A DNA stretch of 63,042 bases, counting the filler, from Hausera hauseri (taxonomy: Eukaryota): the NCBI GenBank assembly GCA_046269625.1. It is 11 parts of 11 records of this genome, joined end to end, with 100 filler letters (N's around TTAATTAATTAA, not from the genome) between each part and the next. Parts side by side here need not be neighbours in the genome. Positions count along the whole stretch, not along the records: positions 1 to 15,584 come from JBJURY010422141.1; 10 more parts are not named here. The stretch is one strand, 5' to 3'. The translations under genes and the position numbers were made by a program. Under the pieces are notes generated by a model that did not search any database, was not told where the DNA came from, and saw only the letters and a program-made list of their open reading frames with translations. Below, piece by piece: positions 1 through 13,519 of this stretch. Each line of letters opens with the position of its first letter. Position 1 is the first letter of the stretch.

Positions 1-250
1 AACATGGGTTTGCTGAACAAAAACATCAACAATGGCATATCGATGGATTTGTTCAAGTCCACCTATCCATTCTTCACTTTTGTCCTGGCTCCGGACTATG
101 ACGTTAAGCAGGCCCAGCTACCACTACAGGGCAACCTGCAATTGGATTTTCACTTTGCCAAAGCGTTGGAATAGTCGACCGTGATGTACATTTACGGTGT
201 ACTTGATGTCGAGGTGGAAATAACGAAAAACTGAACTGTCATTGTATATA
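1..250 (+). pseudogene. Polinton/adintovirus major capsid protein (double jelly-roll), C-terminal fragment, two in-frame stops
   Basis: Frame 1 reads NMGLLNKNINNGISMDLFKSTYPFFTFVLAPDYDVKQAQLPLQGNLQLDFHFAKALE*STVMYIYGVLDVEVEITKN*TVIV. This matches the Polinton MCP C-terminal pattern (NGIS..Y..F.F.L.PD...GNL.L..F..L...IY..F...EI...R.V). Confidence 0.8.
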
Positions 251-334
251 TAAAATATTATGAGTCACTACTAGTCAATAGTATGATGTAATTCATTAAT
301 AATATTGTTATGCTTTAATCCCTCGTTTCACATT

Positions 335-690
335 TAGCTCCACCGAACTCAGCCGGTACGAAAACTGCTCATTGGCTCGAAATTCCACGGTGTGTTTCCG
401 CAGGACCGTGTTCCGCGTGACTTTCGACAAGGTGACGGCTTCATTGTCAATACACACACGTCATCGCTACCGGGCGAACATTGAATTGATGTGTACGTAG
501 ATCCTGCCGTCATCAAGGTATTCGATCCGCTTGGATTTTACTATCCGTCATCATTAGTTTCGCAAATTGAACTAAAATCACCATCGTCATACCGTGTTGA
601 ATACAACCAACTTCATTATCAACATCACTGATCGTGCTGTGTAAACATTATTGCTTATTGTGGCTAACGTTACAGATATTTGGATGAACA
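335..690 (+). pseudogene. Polinton adenain-type cysteine protease, disrupted
   Basis: Reads FHGVFPQDRVP...FIVNTHTSSLPGEH*IDVY...FDPLGFYYP...YNQLHYQH, then a frameshift into C..HYCLLWL. The IVNT..PGEHW and FD.G adenain motifs are present. It lies directly downstream of the MCP fragment. Confidence 0.85.
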
Positions 691-1139
691 ATGGTTGTAC
701 TACTACTATTATTTATTTATGTTCATTTTGAGAAATACAGTATTTTGTTACACATGTATTTGTGTGTTATTATTTTCACCACTTCGACGTCCCTTTTCCA
801 CAAACACACACAATTGTTCCACGTTACAACTCACTATTTAATGTTGCATGCATGCATTTAGGCAGGCACATTTCCCGTCTCGTGCTCACATTTGCATAAC
901 ACACATTTGTTTCACGTCACACCTCATTACTTCATGTTGTAGACGCCTTTCCCGTACCTGTCGTGCTCAAGGTTTGTGATGACAAAGATTTTGTGTGACG
1001 CGAAAAATTTTGGACTATTCGAAATTTTGTTGTGACGATTCGCATTTTGTGACAATGATGATGATGAAGATTTCGATTTTGACGTTTTCGTTTCTTTTAC
1101 ATCAACGAACGAACGAACGAACGTATTTTTCATCAATTT

Positions 1140-1658
1140 AAAATCGTCCGATCATGAGGCGCTTATAATATGAAATGCTCAACTCCTTTTGGGCCTTCTT
1201 CTGAAAGAATTTCCACCACCAGCTGACTTGCCCAAGGGGATTTTTCCGGTTTGAAATTTCCCCATTGATCTTTCCCCATGTTTCCATGGTCAGAAAAAGT
1301 TGAAATTGTGCGAATTCGATTCCCCGATATTAATTTGACATTTTCAACCGAACATTGTTTCGCCAGTAACACGTGTCTTGTTTCTTGAAACACATTTCCT
1401 GTTTTGCTTCTTCTACTTCTAGCGGCGTCCCGTAACATTTTTCAGTTTTGCTGCGCTATAAAGTTTTTCTTGCCTCGTCGAGCTCTATCGATTTGAGTCG
1501 TGACATGTGCGACATATGACATGTGCTTCCAACTTGAAGGGGGTCTTCCGACGATGACATATGAAATGCTCAGAATTGCGAGATAGGTGGGGAAAACTTG
1601 GTCCTAGGTCGATCTGAGCACTTTTGGGAATGGGGTTGAAAGCTCACTTCTACCTACT
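1140..1658. mobile_element. Probable Polinton terminal region ending ...CTACCTACT (AGTAGGTAG on minus strand)
   Basis: Non-coding tract after the capsid/protease genes ends in an AGTAG-type terminus, followed by a TA run and a different element. The partner TIR is not in the window. Confidence 0.5.
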
Positions 1659-1667
1659 TATATATAT

Positions 1668-3740
1668 TAGAGTGGAGCTTATTTTTCTACTTTTGAAAAT
1701 TCACCTACTACCCCTCCAATTTGTTCTTTTAATGTTGAAACAAATGTGGTAAAATATTTTTTTATTTAAATAATATTTAGACGTAGGTCAATGGCATTGG
1801 AAATCATAACATGTAAAACTGGTGCTCATTAATATACAATGCAGCATTATGGACTGTTTTAATACATCAATAAATTTAATATTGTTCTCTAAAAATTGAA
1901 ATTTAATATGTAAGTTAATCTTTTACTTGCAAAAGTAATGCAGTTCTACTTTCTATTCAGCTCCATATTCACACAACATAGTAGTATACATGGCAGTAAA
2001 TACAAGATCTCAAAGTTATGTCTATCTGATACATTCAATAGTAACAGAATTACTTGGTAGCAAGCTCTCATCCAGAAAAATGGCACTTGGATTATTTCTT
2101 CATAGTCACACAGAACTCAAAAAAACTATCCTAGAGTCATCAGCTGCAACAGTTGTGGAAATTGTGAACATTTGGCGGAAATCCAGTATTCCTGCAATAG
2201 ATGAGCGAAAATGCATCACGAAATAAGCTTTTTGAAAAATGGAGCTTGATGAAAAATAATTGAGGGCGTCGAACAAAAACGCAAGAAGACAAAGAAATTA
2301 CATTTATCGCCACCCTCGACGATCTCTTTGATATTTCTCAAGCTGGTGCTCTTTCGATAATAACATTTGCTAAAGACAAAAATTTCTTACTAGCTCAGCG
2401 TGAAAAGGGAATACGAGATTCGATGGTGAGTGTGGATGCTCCACTCGCTGCAAAAAAGAAGATGGTAGCAGAGAGACAGGAGAAAATACAAGCAAGACGT
2501 TTTAAAGCAGCCGAGCAAGAGGTTACGAATAGTGAGCAAGCTGAGCTAGTGTCATCAGAAAGCAGCTTAGACGAAGAAGAACGTATTACAACAGTGAGTA
2601 CAGGCCATAACACAGTAAATTGTGATGAAGTCACAGAAAGTTGCTGAGTGAATAAATCAACAGTACGAACAGCATTAGACAGAACCAAAATGTCGAACCG
2701 TAATGCAACATATGTTCTTGCTGAAACAGCCAAGATTCTGGGCCATAACATTGAAGATCGTGCTCTGAATTGTGACACAATACGTAGACAAAGAATGAAG
2801 CTAAGAGCACAAAAGTCTGCAAAGTCTGTATGTAATGTACCGCTAGTTGCTCACTGGGATGGTTAATTAATACCGAATCTGACAGGGAAAGAACAGACTG
2901 ACCGACTACCGGTAATTGTTTCAGGAAGAGGAGTTTCCAAGTTGCTAAACGTTATCAGAATACCGGCAGGAACAGGTAAGGCTCAAGGTCAAGCTGTGTG
3001 TAAGCAGTAAAGGACTGGGGTATCAGTGATATAATTCCAGCAATGTCCTTTGATACTACAAGCTATAATACTGGCAGAATTGCTGGTGCCTGCATAATGT
3101 TATCCAACCATTTGTGGTATATTTCGCCAGAATTAGTTGGCTTGGCATATCCTGATTGCCGTGTCTGTACATCAACAAAAAGACTTATGATAAATGCTCT
3201 CACTATCACCAGAGATGATGACACTGCTGGTCGCTAAAGCGGATCACAGTTGATTTGCAAACCTTTCAGATAGAGAATCTGGAAGATTTCGTGTCACAAA
3301 AATCTATGATACTCTTTGAAATGATGGAATTACCAACAGAATTTCTAAGTGTAGATCCTGAAACATGGGAGGAACACGATGACTTTAAGCAAGCAGTTGA
3401 GACAGTTCGTTGCATGAAAGTTGTTAACGATCACACTGAACGTGCAATTTCACTCATCAAAGAATTCAGCGGACACATTACTCATGATGAGTCACAGCTA
3501 CAGTTCCTCCTTCAGATTGTAGAGAACCATCGTCAGATTTATCCGGATCGCAAAAAGCAGTCTCTTACTGGATCTCGGTAATTTTCCTACTTCTTTTTTT
3601 GTGACATAGTGAATCATTTTGACTTAGAAAAATTTTCAAGAAAAATTTTTCTTATTTGTTAATGAACCATTTTGACTTAGGATCAATCAGGTAAATACGA
3701 AACATAAATATCGTATATCAATTCGTATATCAATGAATAA
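1668..3740 (+). mobile_element. hATm-type (CC8K15.2-like) DNA transposon, decayed and internally deleted
   Basis: Begins TAGAGTGGAGCTT. Transposase pieces at 1990-3581 include LDDLFDISQA, TALDRTKMSNRNA, VAHWDG, DRLPVIVSG, SFDTTSYNTG..GAC, NHLWYISPELV and VVNDHTERAISLIKEF..QFLLQIVENHRQIYP, with several stops and frameshifts. No right TIR was seen. Confidence 0.75.
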
Positions 3741-3744
3741 TTAA

Positions 3745-6700
3745 ACACATAGAAGATAATGATGAAGAAGTAAATGAATAATCGTTGGAGAAGAATACGA
3801 ACACGAAGAAGAAGAATAAGAGATGAAAAAGATAACGAAGAAGCAGAAAACGACGAAGAAGACGTGATAAAGCGAGGAACAAAAAGAAAAGAAGAGAAAT
3901 AAGAGATGAGGATGAAAAAGCGAAAAAGAGATGAAGGAAAAGAAGACGAAGGAGAAGGTGATGATGAAGAAGAAAAAAATGATGACGATGACGAAGAAGA
4001 ATACGAATAAATGGAAAAACAAGAAGAAGTCTAAGAAGAGATGAAGAATACGAATAAAAAGATGACGACGTCGCAGTAGTGGAGAAGAAGACGATGAAAA
4101 GAACAAGATGATAACGAAGTAGAAAATGACGAATACGAGACGGAAAAGAAAGTGATGAAAATGAAAAAGAAGTCAACGAAGAAGAGATAAAGAAAAAGAT
4201 AAAAACGAAGAGATACACAAGAAGAAGAAGATGATGATGAAGAACACAAATGAGAATTTGGTGTAGAAATGAAGAAGTGTAAGATGTAGAAGAAGAACAG
4301 AAGAACAGATAGTCGAAGAAGAAAAATAAGAAAAAGTAGATTAAAACGAAGACAAAGTAGAGACAAAGAAGACGAAGAAAAGTTAAAGTAGAGAAGAAAA
4401 AGACGAAAAAGCAGAAGATGAAAATAACGAAGAAGAAGAAGAAACAGAAGAAGAGATAAAAGAAAAAGGATAAGGAAAAAGAGACGAAGAAGAAGGAGAA
4501 GAGAAGATGAAAAAGAATGGTCGACGAAGAAGACGAAGACGATGATGAAGAAGTAATAGAATAAGAGACAAATAAGAAGTCGAAGTAAAGATAAAAAAGA
4601 CGAAGAAGAAGCAGCAGATGAAGAGGTTAAGTAGAAAAAAAAGAAGAAAACAGCGAAGAAGAAACGAAGAATACGAAGAAGAAGTAGTCGATGAAGAGAT
4701 GGTGAAAATGAAGGAGAAGAAGACCACGAAGAAAAAGCTGTAGAAGAGATGAAGAAGAGGAAGAAGTCGATGAAGAGTTGGAGAATATGAAGGAGAAAAG
4801 ATCACGAAGTAGTCGAAGAAGAAATGAAGAAGGCAAAGAAGAAGTCCAAGAAGAGATGAAGAAGACTAAGAAGAAGAAGGCGATGACGAGAATGATGAGG
4901 AAGACGAACAAGAAAACGACCATGATGACGGTGACGAGGACGACGAAGAAGAAGTTCATGAAGAGACGAAGAAGACGAACGAAGAGGGAAGAAGACCCAC
5001 GAAGAGGTAGTCAAAGAAGTGATGAAGAAGACGAAGAAAAAGTAGTAGATTAAGTGTTGAAGAAGATGGAGGAGAAAAAGTCCACGATAAAGAAGTCGAA
5101 GAAGAGGTAAAGGCGATGAAACAGATTTCGAGGAAATGATGATGTCGAAGAAGTAGTCTATGAAAATTTGAAGAAGTTGAAGAAAAAGAAGACCGCGAAG
5201 AAGAAGTCGAAGAAGAGATGTAGGAGACGAAGTAGATATCGATGAAATGATGATGTCGAAGAAGTAGTTGATGAAGATTTGAAGAAGTTGGAGGAGAAGA
5301 AGACTACGACAAGGCAGTCGAAAAAGAGATGAAGGAGACAAAGTAGAACTCGAAGAAGTGATGAAGAAGCCGAAGAAGATGTAGCAGATTTAGAGTTGAA
5401 GAAGATGGAGGAGAAGAAGTCGACGCAGAAGAAATCGAAGAAGAGATGAAGGCGACGAAGTAGATTTCGAAGAAATGATGATGTCGAAGAAGTAGTCTAT
5501 GAAAATTTGAAGAAGTTGAAGGAGAAGAAGATCGCGAAGAAGCAGTCAAAAAAGAAGTCGATGAAGCGACGAAGGAGACAAAGTAGAACTCGAAAAAGTG
5601 ATGAAGAAGCCGAAGAAGATGTAGCAGATTTAGAGTTGAAGAAGATGGAGGAGAAGAAGTCCACGGAGAAGAAATCAAAGAAGAGGCGAAGGCGACGAAG
5701 TAGATTTCGAAGAAATGATGAAGTCGAAGAAGTAATCTGTGAAAATTTGAAGACGTTGAAGAAAAAGAAGACCGCGAAGAAAAAGTCGAAGAGAGATAGA
5801 AGAGATGAAGTAGAATTCGAAGAAGTGACGATGTCGAAGAAGTTGTTGATGAAGATTTGAAGAAGTTGAAGGAGAAGAAGACGACGACAATGCAGTCGAA
5901 AAAGAAGTCGAAAAATAGACGATGGAGAAAAAGTAGAACTCGAAGAAGTGATGAAGAAGCCGAAGAAGTAGTAGATTTAGAGTTGAAGAAGATGGAGGAG
6001 AAGAAGTCCACGGAGAAGAAGTTGAAGAAGAGATGAAGGACATGAAGTAGATATGGAAGAAGTGAAGAAAATGTCGAAAAAGTAGTCGATGAAGATTTGA
6101 AGAAGTTGAAGGAGAAGAAAACCGCGAAGAAGCAGTTAAAAAAGAAGTCGATGAAGCGATGAAGGAGACAAAGTAGAACTCGAAGAAGTGATGAAGAAGC
6201 CGAAAAGGAAGTAGTAAATTTAGTGTTGAAGAAGATGGAGGCGAAGAAGTCCACGAAGAAGTCGAAGAAGAGATGAAGGCGACGAAGGAGATATCGAAGA
6301 AGTGATGAAGATATCCAAGAAGTAGTCGATGAAGATTTGAAGAAGTTGAATGCGAAGAAAACGTCGAAGAAGCAATCGAAAAAGAAGCCGAAAAAGAGAT
6401 GAGGGAGACAAAGTAAAACTCGAAGAAGTTACGATGTCAAAGAAGTAGTTGATGAAGATTAGAAGAAGTTGAAGGAGAAGAAGACCAAGAAGATGGAGAA
6501 GAAAAAGAAGTCGAAGAAGAAATTAAGGAGACGAAGTAGATTTCGAAGAAGTGACGATGTCGAAGAAGTAGTAGAAGAAGAAATCGAAGAAAGTAAGAAG
6601 GAAAAATAGTAGATCTTGAAGAAGCCATGAAGTAGAAGAATTAGTATTTTAAGTGTTGAAGAAGTTGGAGCAGAAGAAGACCACGAAGATGCGGTAGAAG

Positions 6701-9700
6701 AAGAGACGAAGGAGACAAAGTAGAACTCGAAGAAGTGATGAATAAGCCGAAGAAAAAGTAGTATATTATATGTTGAAGAAGGTGGAGGAGAAGAAGACGA
6801 CGATGAAACAGACGAAAAAGAAGTCGAAGAAGAGACGAAGGAGACAAAGTAGAACTCGAAGAAGTGGTGAAGAAGCCGAAGAAGTAGGAGTAAATTAAGT
6901 GTTGAAGAAGATGGAGTAAAAGAAATCCACGAAAAAGAAGTCGAAGAAGGGCCGAAGAAGACAATGTAGAAATGGAATAGTTGGTAAAGTAGCCGAAGAA
7001 GAAGGAGTAAATTAAGTGTTGATAAAGATGGAGGAGTAGAAGTCCACGAAGAAACAGTCGAAAAAGAAGTGGAAGAAGAGAGGAAGGAGACGAAGTAGAA
7101 CTGGAATAACTGGTGAAGAAGCCGAAGAAGAGACAAAGGAGACAAAGTAGAACTCGTAGACGTAGTGAAGAAGCAGAAGAAAAAGGAGTAAATTAAGTGT
7201 TGAGGAAGATGGAGCAGAAGAAGTCCACGAAGAAGAAGTCAAAGAAGAGATAGAAGAGATGAAGTAGATTTCGAAGAAGTGACGATGTCGAAGAAGTAGT
7301 CGATGAAGATTTGAAGAATTTGAAGGTAAAGAAAATTACAAAGAAGCAGTCGAAAAAGAAGTCGAAGAATGGAAGAAGGAAACAAAGTAGAACTCGAAGA
7401 AGTGATGAAAAAGCAAAGAAAAAGTAGTAGATTAACTGTTAAAGTAGATGGAATAGAAGAAGACAACGAAAAAGCAGTCAAAAAAGAAGTCGAAGAGGAG
7501 ACGAAGGAGACAGAGTAGAACTCGAAGAAGTGATGAAGAAGCCGAAGAATAAGTAGTAGATTAAGTATTGAAGAAGATGGAGGCGAAGAAGTCCACGAAG
7601 AAGTCGAAGAAGAGATGAAGGAGACGAAGTAGATATCGATGAAGTGGCGAAAATGTCGAAGATGTAGTCGATGAAAATTTGAAGAAGCTGAAAGAAAAGA
7701 AGACCACGAATATTCAGTCGAACAAGAGATGAACGGGACAAAGTAGATATCGAAGAAGTGACGATGTCTAAAAAGTAGTTGATGATGATTTGAAGAGGTT
7801 GAAGGCAAAGAAAACCGCGAAGAAGTAGTGGAAGAAGAGATGAAGGAAACGAGGTAGATTTCGAAGAAGTGACGATGTCAAAGTAGTAATCGATGAAGAT
7901 TTAAAGAACATGAAGGCGAAGAAGACCACGACGAAGCAGTCGAAAAAGAGATGAAGGAGACGAAGTAGATTCCGAAGAAGTGAAGAAAATGTGGAAGAAG
8001 CAATCTATGAAGATTTGAAGAACTTGAAGGAGAAGAAGACGGTGAAGAAGCAGTCAAAAGAGAAGTCGAAGAAGGGACGAAGGAGACAAAGTAGATATCG
8101 AAATAGTGACGAAGATGTCGAAGAAGTAGTCGATGAAAATTTGCAGAAGTTGAAGGAGAAGAAGACCACGAAGAAGCAATCGATAAAGTAGTCGAAGAAG
8201 AGACGAATGAGACAAATTAGAACTCGAAGAAGTGATGAAGAAGACAAGAAGAAGTAGTAGATTAATTGTTGAAGAAGATGAAGGAGAAGAAGACTGCGAA
8301 GAAGAAGTCGAAGAAAAGATAAAGCAGACAAAGTAGATTTCGAAGAAGTGACGATGTCGAAGAAGTATTCGATGAAGATTTGAAAAAGTTGAAGGATAAT
8401 AGAACCACGAAGATGTATTCGAAGAATAGATGAAGGAGAAGTAGTATTCGAAGAAGTGACGAAGATGTCGAAGATATAGTCGATGAAGATTTGAAAAAGT
8501 TTTAGAAGAAGAAAACCACGAAGAAGCGGTCGAAATAGAAGTCGAAGAATAGACGAAGGAGACAAAGTAGAACTCGAAGAAGTGATGAAAAAACGAAATA
8601 AAAGTAGTAGATTAAGTGCTGAAGAAAATGGAAGATTAGAAGTCCACTAAGAAGCAGTCAAGAAATAAGTCGAAGTAGAGGAGAAGGAAACAAAGTAGAA
8701 CTCGAAGAAGTGATGAAGAAGACAAAAAAGAAGTAGTAGATTAAGTGTTGAAGAAGACGGAAGAGAAGAAGTACACGAAGAAGAAGTCAAAGAAGAGATA
8801 GAAGAGATGAAGTACATATAGAAGAAATGACAATGTCGAAGAACTAGTCGATGTAGATTTGAAGAAATAGAAGGAGAAGTGGACCACGAAGAAGCAGTCG
8901 AAGAAGAGATGAAGGAGACGAAGGAGATATCGAAGAAGTGACGAAGATATCCAAGAAGTAGTCAATGAAGATTTGAAGAAGTTGAAGGCGAAGAAAACGA
9001 CGAAGAAGCAGTCGAAAAAGAAGTCGAAGAAGAGACGAAGGAGACAAAGCAAAACTCGAATGAGTGATGAAGAGGACAAAGAAAAAGTAGAAGATTAAGT
9101 GTCGAAGAAGGTGGAGGAGAAGAAGCCCACGAAGAAGAAATTGAAGAAGAGATGAATTAGACGAAGTAGATATCGAAGAAGTGATGAAAATGTCAAAGAA
9201 TTAGGCGATGAAGATTTGAAGAAGTTGAAGGAGAAGACGACCAAGAAGACGCAGTCCAAAAAAGATGAAGGAGACGAAGTAGATATCGAAGAAGTGACGA
9301 AGATGTCGAAGAAGTAGTCGATGAAGATTTAAAGAAGTTGAAGGAGAAGAAGACCACGAAGAAACAGTCGAGAAAGAAGTCGAAGAAGTGAAGAAGGAGA
9401 CAAATTAGAACTCGAAGAAGTGATGAATAAGACGAAGAAGAAGTAGTAGTTTAAGTGTTGAAAAAGATAGAGGCGAAGAACTCCACGAAGGAGAAGTCGA
9501 AGGAGATATGAATGATACGAAGTAGATATCGATGAAGTGACGAAGATGTCGAAGATGTAGTCGATGAAGATTTGAAAAAGTTTAAGGAAAAGAGGACCAC
9601 AAAGAAGCGGTTAAAGAAGGATGAAGAAGACGAAGTAGAAATCGAACAAGTGGCGAAGGTGTCGAAGAAGTAGTCGATGAAGATTTGAAGAAGTTGAAGG

Positions 9701-12700
9701 CAAAGAAAGCCACGAAGAAGCAGTCGAAAAAGAAGTCGAAGAATAGACAATGGAAACAAAGTAGAACTCGAAGAAGTGATAAAGAAGACAAGAAGAAGTA
9801 GTAGATTAAGTGTTGAAGAAAATAACTGAGAAGAAGTCTACGAAGAACAGGTCGAAGAAAAGATGAAGGAGATGAAGTAGAAATCAAAGAAGTGACGAAA
9901 ATGTCGAAGAAGTAGTGCATGAGTATTTGAAAAAGTTCAAGGAAAAGAAGACCACGCAGAAGCAGTCAAAAAAGAAGTCGAAGAAGAGACGAAGGAGACA
10001 AAGTAGAACTCGAAGAAGTGATGAAGAAGACAAGAAGTAGTATATTAAGTGTTGAAGAAGATAACTGAGAAGAAGTCTACGAAGAAGATGTCGAAGAAAA
10101 GATGAAGCAGATGAAGTAGATTTCGAAGAAGTGACGAAGATGTCGAAGAAGTAGTCGATGAAGATTTGAAGAAGTTGAAGGAAAAGAAAACCACGAAGAA
10201 GCAGTCGAGAAAGAGATGAAGGAGACGAAGTAGATTTTAAAGAGGTGGTGATGTCGAAGAAGTTGTCGATGAAGGTTTGAAGAAGTAGATGGAGAAGAGG
10301 ACCACGAAGAAGCAGTCGAAAAGAAGTCGAAGGAGAGACGACGGAGACAAAGAATAACTCGAAGAAGTGATGAAAGAGCCGAAGATTAAGTAGTAGATTA
10401 AGAGTTGAAGACGATGATTGAGAAATCCACGAAGAAGGAGTCGAAGAAGTGATGAAGGAGACAAAGTAGATATCGAAGAAGTGACGAAAATGTCGATGAA
10501 GTAGTCAGTGAAGATTTTAAGAACTTGGGGGAGAAGACGACCACAAAGAAGCCGTTAAATAGAAGTTGAAGAGACGAAGGAGGCCATAAAGAACTAGAAG
10601 AAGTCATGGTGGAGAAAAAGCAGTAGTAGATGAAGATTTGAAAAGTATGATGTAGAAATACACCAAGACGAAGGCGAAGAAGAGGTATGGAGACGAAGTA
10701 GGTCTTGAAGAAATCGAAGAAGTAGTCGATGAAGATTTGAAAAACTTGAAGGAGAAGAAGACCACGAAGATGCATCCGAGGAAGAAATCGAAGAAGTGGA
10801 AGGAGGCGATCTAGAACTAAAAGAAGTGATGAAGAAGACGAAGAAGAAGTAGTTGATGAAGAGTTAAAAAAGATGAAGGAGAAATCTTTGAATAAGAAGT
10901 CGAAGAAGAGGTGAATAAAACAAAAAAGAAATCGAAGAAGAGATAAAGACATGGAAGAAGAAGTCGAAGATGGGATGAAGAAGTTCAAAAAGTAGTCGAT
11001 AAAGAGATGAAGAATACGAAAGATAAGACTACGTTGATGATGATGATGAGGAAGACGAAAAAGAAAAATTAATGAAGAGATGAAGAAGACGAAGAAGAAA
11101 TAGACGATGATGAGGTGAAGAAGATGATGGAAAAGAAGACCACGAAGAAGTCGAAGAGATGAAGATCACGAAGTACATCTCGATGAAGTGCTCAAGATGT
11201 GGAATATGAAGTCGAGGAAGAGTTGAAGAATTTGAAGGATAAAAACACAACAAAGAAGTAGTCAAGGAAGAAGTGGAAGAAGAGATGAAGTTCAAGAAGT
11301 ATTCGATGAAAGATGAGGAATACGGAGAAGAAAATGAGGATGATATTGATTATGAGGAAGACGAAGAACAAGGAGTTGATGAAGTTATGAAGAAGTTAGA
11401 GGAGAAGAAGAGCGCGAAGTAGAACTCGAAGAAATTATGAAGAAGTCGAAGAAGTAGTCGATGAAAAGTTGAAGAATACGAAGGAGAAGATGACGATAAT
11501 GATGATGATGAGGAAGACGAAAAAGAAAAAGTTGGTGAAGAGATGAAGAAGAATATGTAGAAGTAGTCGATGAAGAGACGAAGAAGATGAAGGAAAAGAA
11601 AACCACAATAAAGAAGTCGAAGAGATGAAGATGAGGAAAAAAAAGTCGAAGAAGAAATGAAGAATTTCAAGAAATATTCGTTGAAGTGATGAAGAATAAA
11701 AAGAAGATACCGATGGTGATGATGAGGATGAGGAAGACGAAGAAGAAGTAATTGACGAAGTGATAAAAAATACGAAGAAGATATCGATAATGATGATGAG
11801 AATGAGGAAGACTAAGAAGAAGGAGTTGCTGAAGTTATAAAGAAGTTAGAGGAGAATAAGAGCGCGAAGTAAAACTCGAAGATGAGATGAAGGAGGCGAA
11901 GTAGAACTCTAAGAAATTATGCAGAAGTCGAAGAAGTAGTCGATGAAGAGTTAAAGAATACGAAGGAGAAGACGACGGTGATGATAATGCTGAGGAAGAC
12001 AAAGAAGAAAAAGTTAATGAAGAGATGAAGAAAACAAAGACGAAGTAATCGATGAAGAGATGAAAAGATAAAGGAGAAGAAGACCACGTAGAAGATTTTG
12101 AAGAAGAGATGACGGAGACATAGTAGATCTCGAAGAATTGATAAAGAAGTCGAAGAAGAAGTTGCAGATGGGATGAAGAAGTTAAAGGAATAGTCTATGA
12201 AGGAATGAATAATACGAAAAAGCAGACAAAGATGACGATGTATATGCGGAAGACGAAGAAGAAGGTGTTAATGAAGTGATGATGAACATGAAGAAGAAGA
12301 AGTCCATGATGAAGAAGTTGGAGAAGAGTGGAAGCGGTTGGCGAAGTAGGCGATGATGAGATGAAGAAGATTGAGGAGAAGAAGACCACAAAATATAAGT
12401 CGAAGAAGTGATGAAGGAGACGAAGTAGGACTCGAAGAATGGTGAAGAAGTCAAAGAAGTAGTCGATAAAGAGATGAAGTTCAAGAAGTAGTCGATGAAG
12501 GGATGAATAATACGAAAAAGAAGATGAAGATGATGATGCTTATGCGGAAGACGATGAAGAAGGTGTTGATGAAGTGACGAAGAAGATGAAGGAGAAAAAG
12601 GCCATGATGAAGAAGACGGAGAAGTCGAAGAAGAGATGAATACGACAAAGAAGAAATCGAAGAAGAGATGAAAACGTCGAAGAAGTCGCAGATGGGATGA

Positions 12701-13300
12701 AGAAGTTGAAGATGTTGTCGATGAAGAGATGAAGGAGATGAAGTAGAAAAAAAGCCACGATAAAGAAGTCGAAGAGATGAAGATGACGACGAGAAAGTCG
12801 AAGAAGAGATAAAGAAATTCAAGAAATATTCGTTGAAGAGATGAAGAATACGAAGAAGGGCATATCAATGATGGTGATTATGAGGAAGTCGAAGAAGAAA
12901 TCATTTGTGAAGATATGAAGAAGACGAAGAAGTAGTAGTTGATGAAGTGATGAAGAAGATGATGGAGAAGAAGATCGCGTAGAAGATTTCGAAGAAGAGA
13001 TGAAGAAGACATAAAAGAACTCGAAGAAGTGATGAAGAAGTCGAAGAAGTAGGCGATAAATAGTTGAAGAAGATGAAGGTGAAGAAGACCACAAAGAAGT
13101 AGGCGGAGAAGAAGTCGAAGAAGAGATGAAGTTTTTCACGAAGTTGTCGATGAAGTGATGAATAATACGAAGAAGAAGATGAAGATCATGATGTTTGTGC
13201 GGAAGTCGAAGCAGAAGGGGTTGATGAAGTGATGAAGAAGATGAAGGAGAAGAAGGCCACGAAGAAGTCAAAGAAGAGATCAAGAAGTTCAAGTAGTAGT
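3745..13300. repeat. GAA-rich purine array with higher-order ~120/240-bp units
   Basis: Almost entirely G/A on the plus strand. The motif AAGTAGAACTCGAA recurs at 5341 and 5581 (240-bp period). Recurrent TGA/TAG codons close all frames. Confidence 0.95.
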
Positions 13301-13519
13301 TTCTACCACCACCACCTTGGTTTTCAACAATCTCTTTAATTGTGTCAATGGCATGTTTCTTTATATCAGGTATTGTACTTAACATATTTTCTTTTATTGC
13401 TTCTCTTCTTGGTTGCTTGTTAAATATTGCATAATTTGCAGCTCTCATCGCTGCTGAACCTACACGTTTGGCTACTAGTAAGCCAAATTTTCTACCCAAC
13501 AGAAATGCATATCTACAAA
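13301..13519 (-). pseudogene. Polinton/adintovirus small basic core-like protein, C-terminal part
   Basis: Reads FCRYAFLLGRKFGLLVAKRVGSAAMRAANYAIFNKQPRREAIKENML...ENQGGGGR: an amphipathic basic helix ending in a QGGG motif like the adenain-cleaved core proteins. It is cut at 13520 by a Polinton terminus. Confidence 0.5.

Noticed and set aside
3730-13092. Numerous F/S/L-rich minus-strand ORFs
   Set aside because: Antisense of the GAA array; the pyrimidine-rich strand lacks stops by composition.
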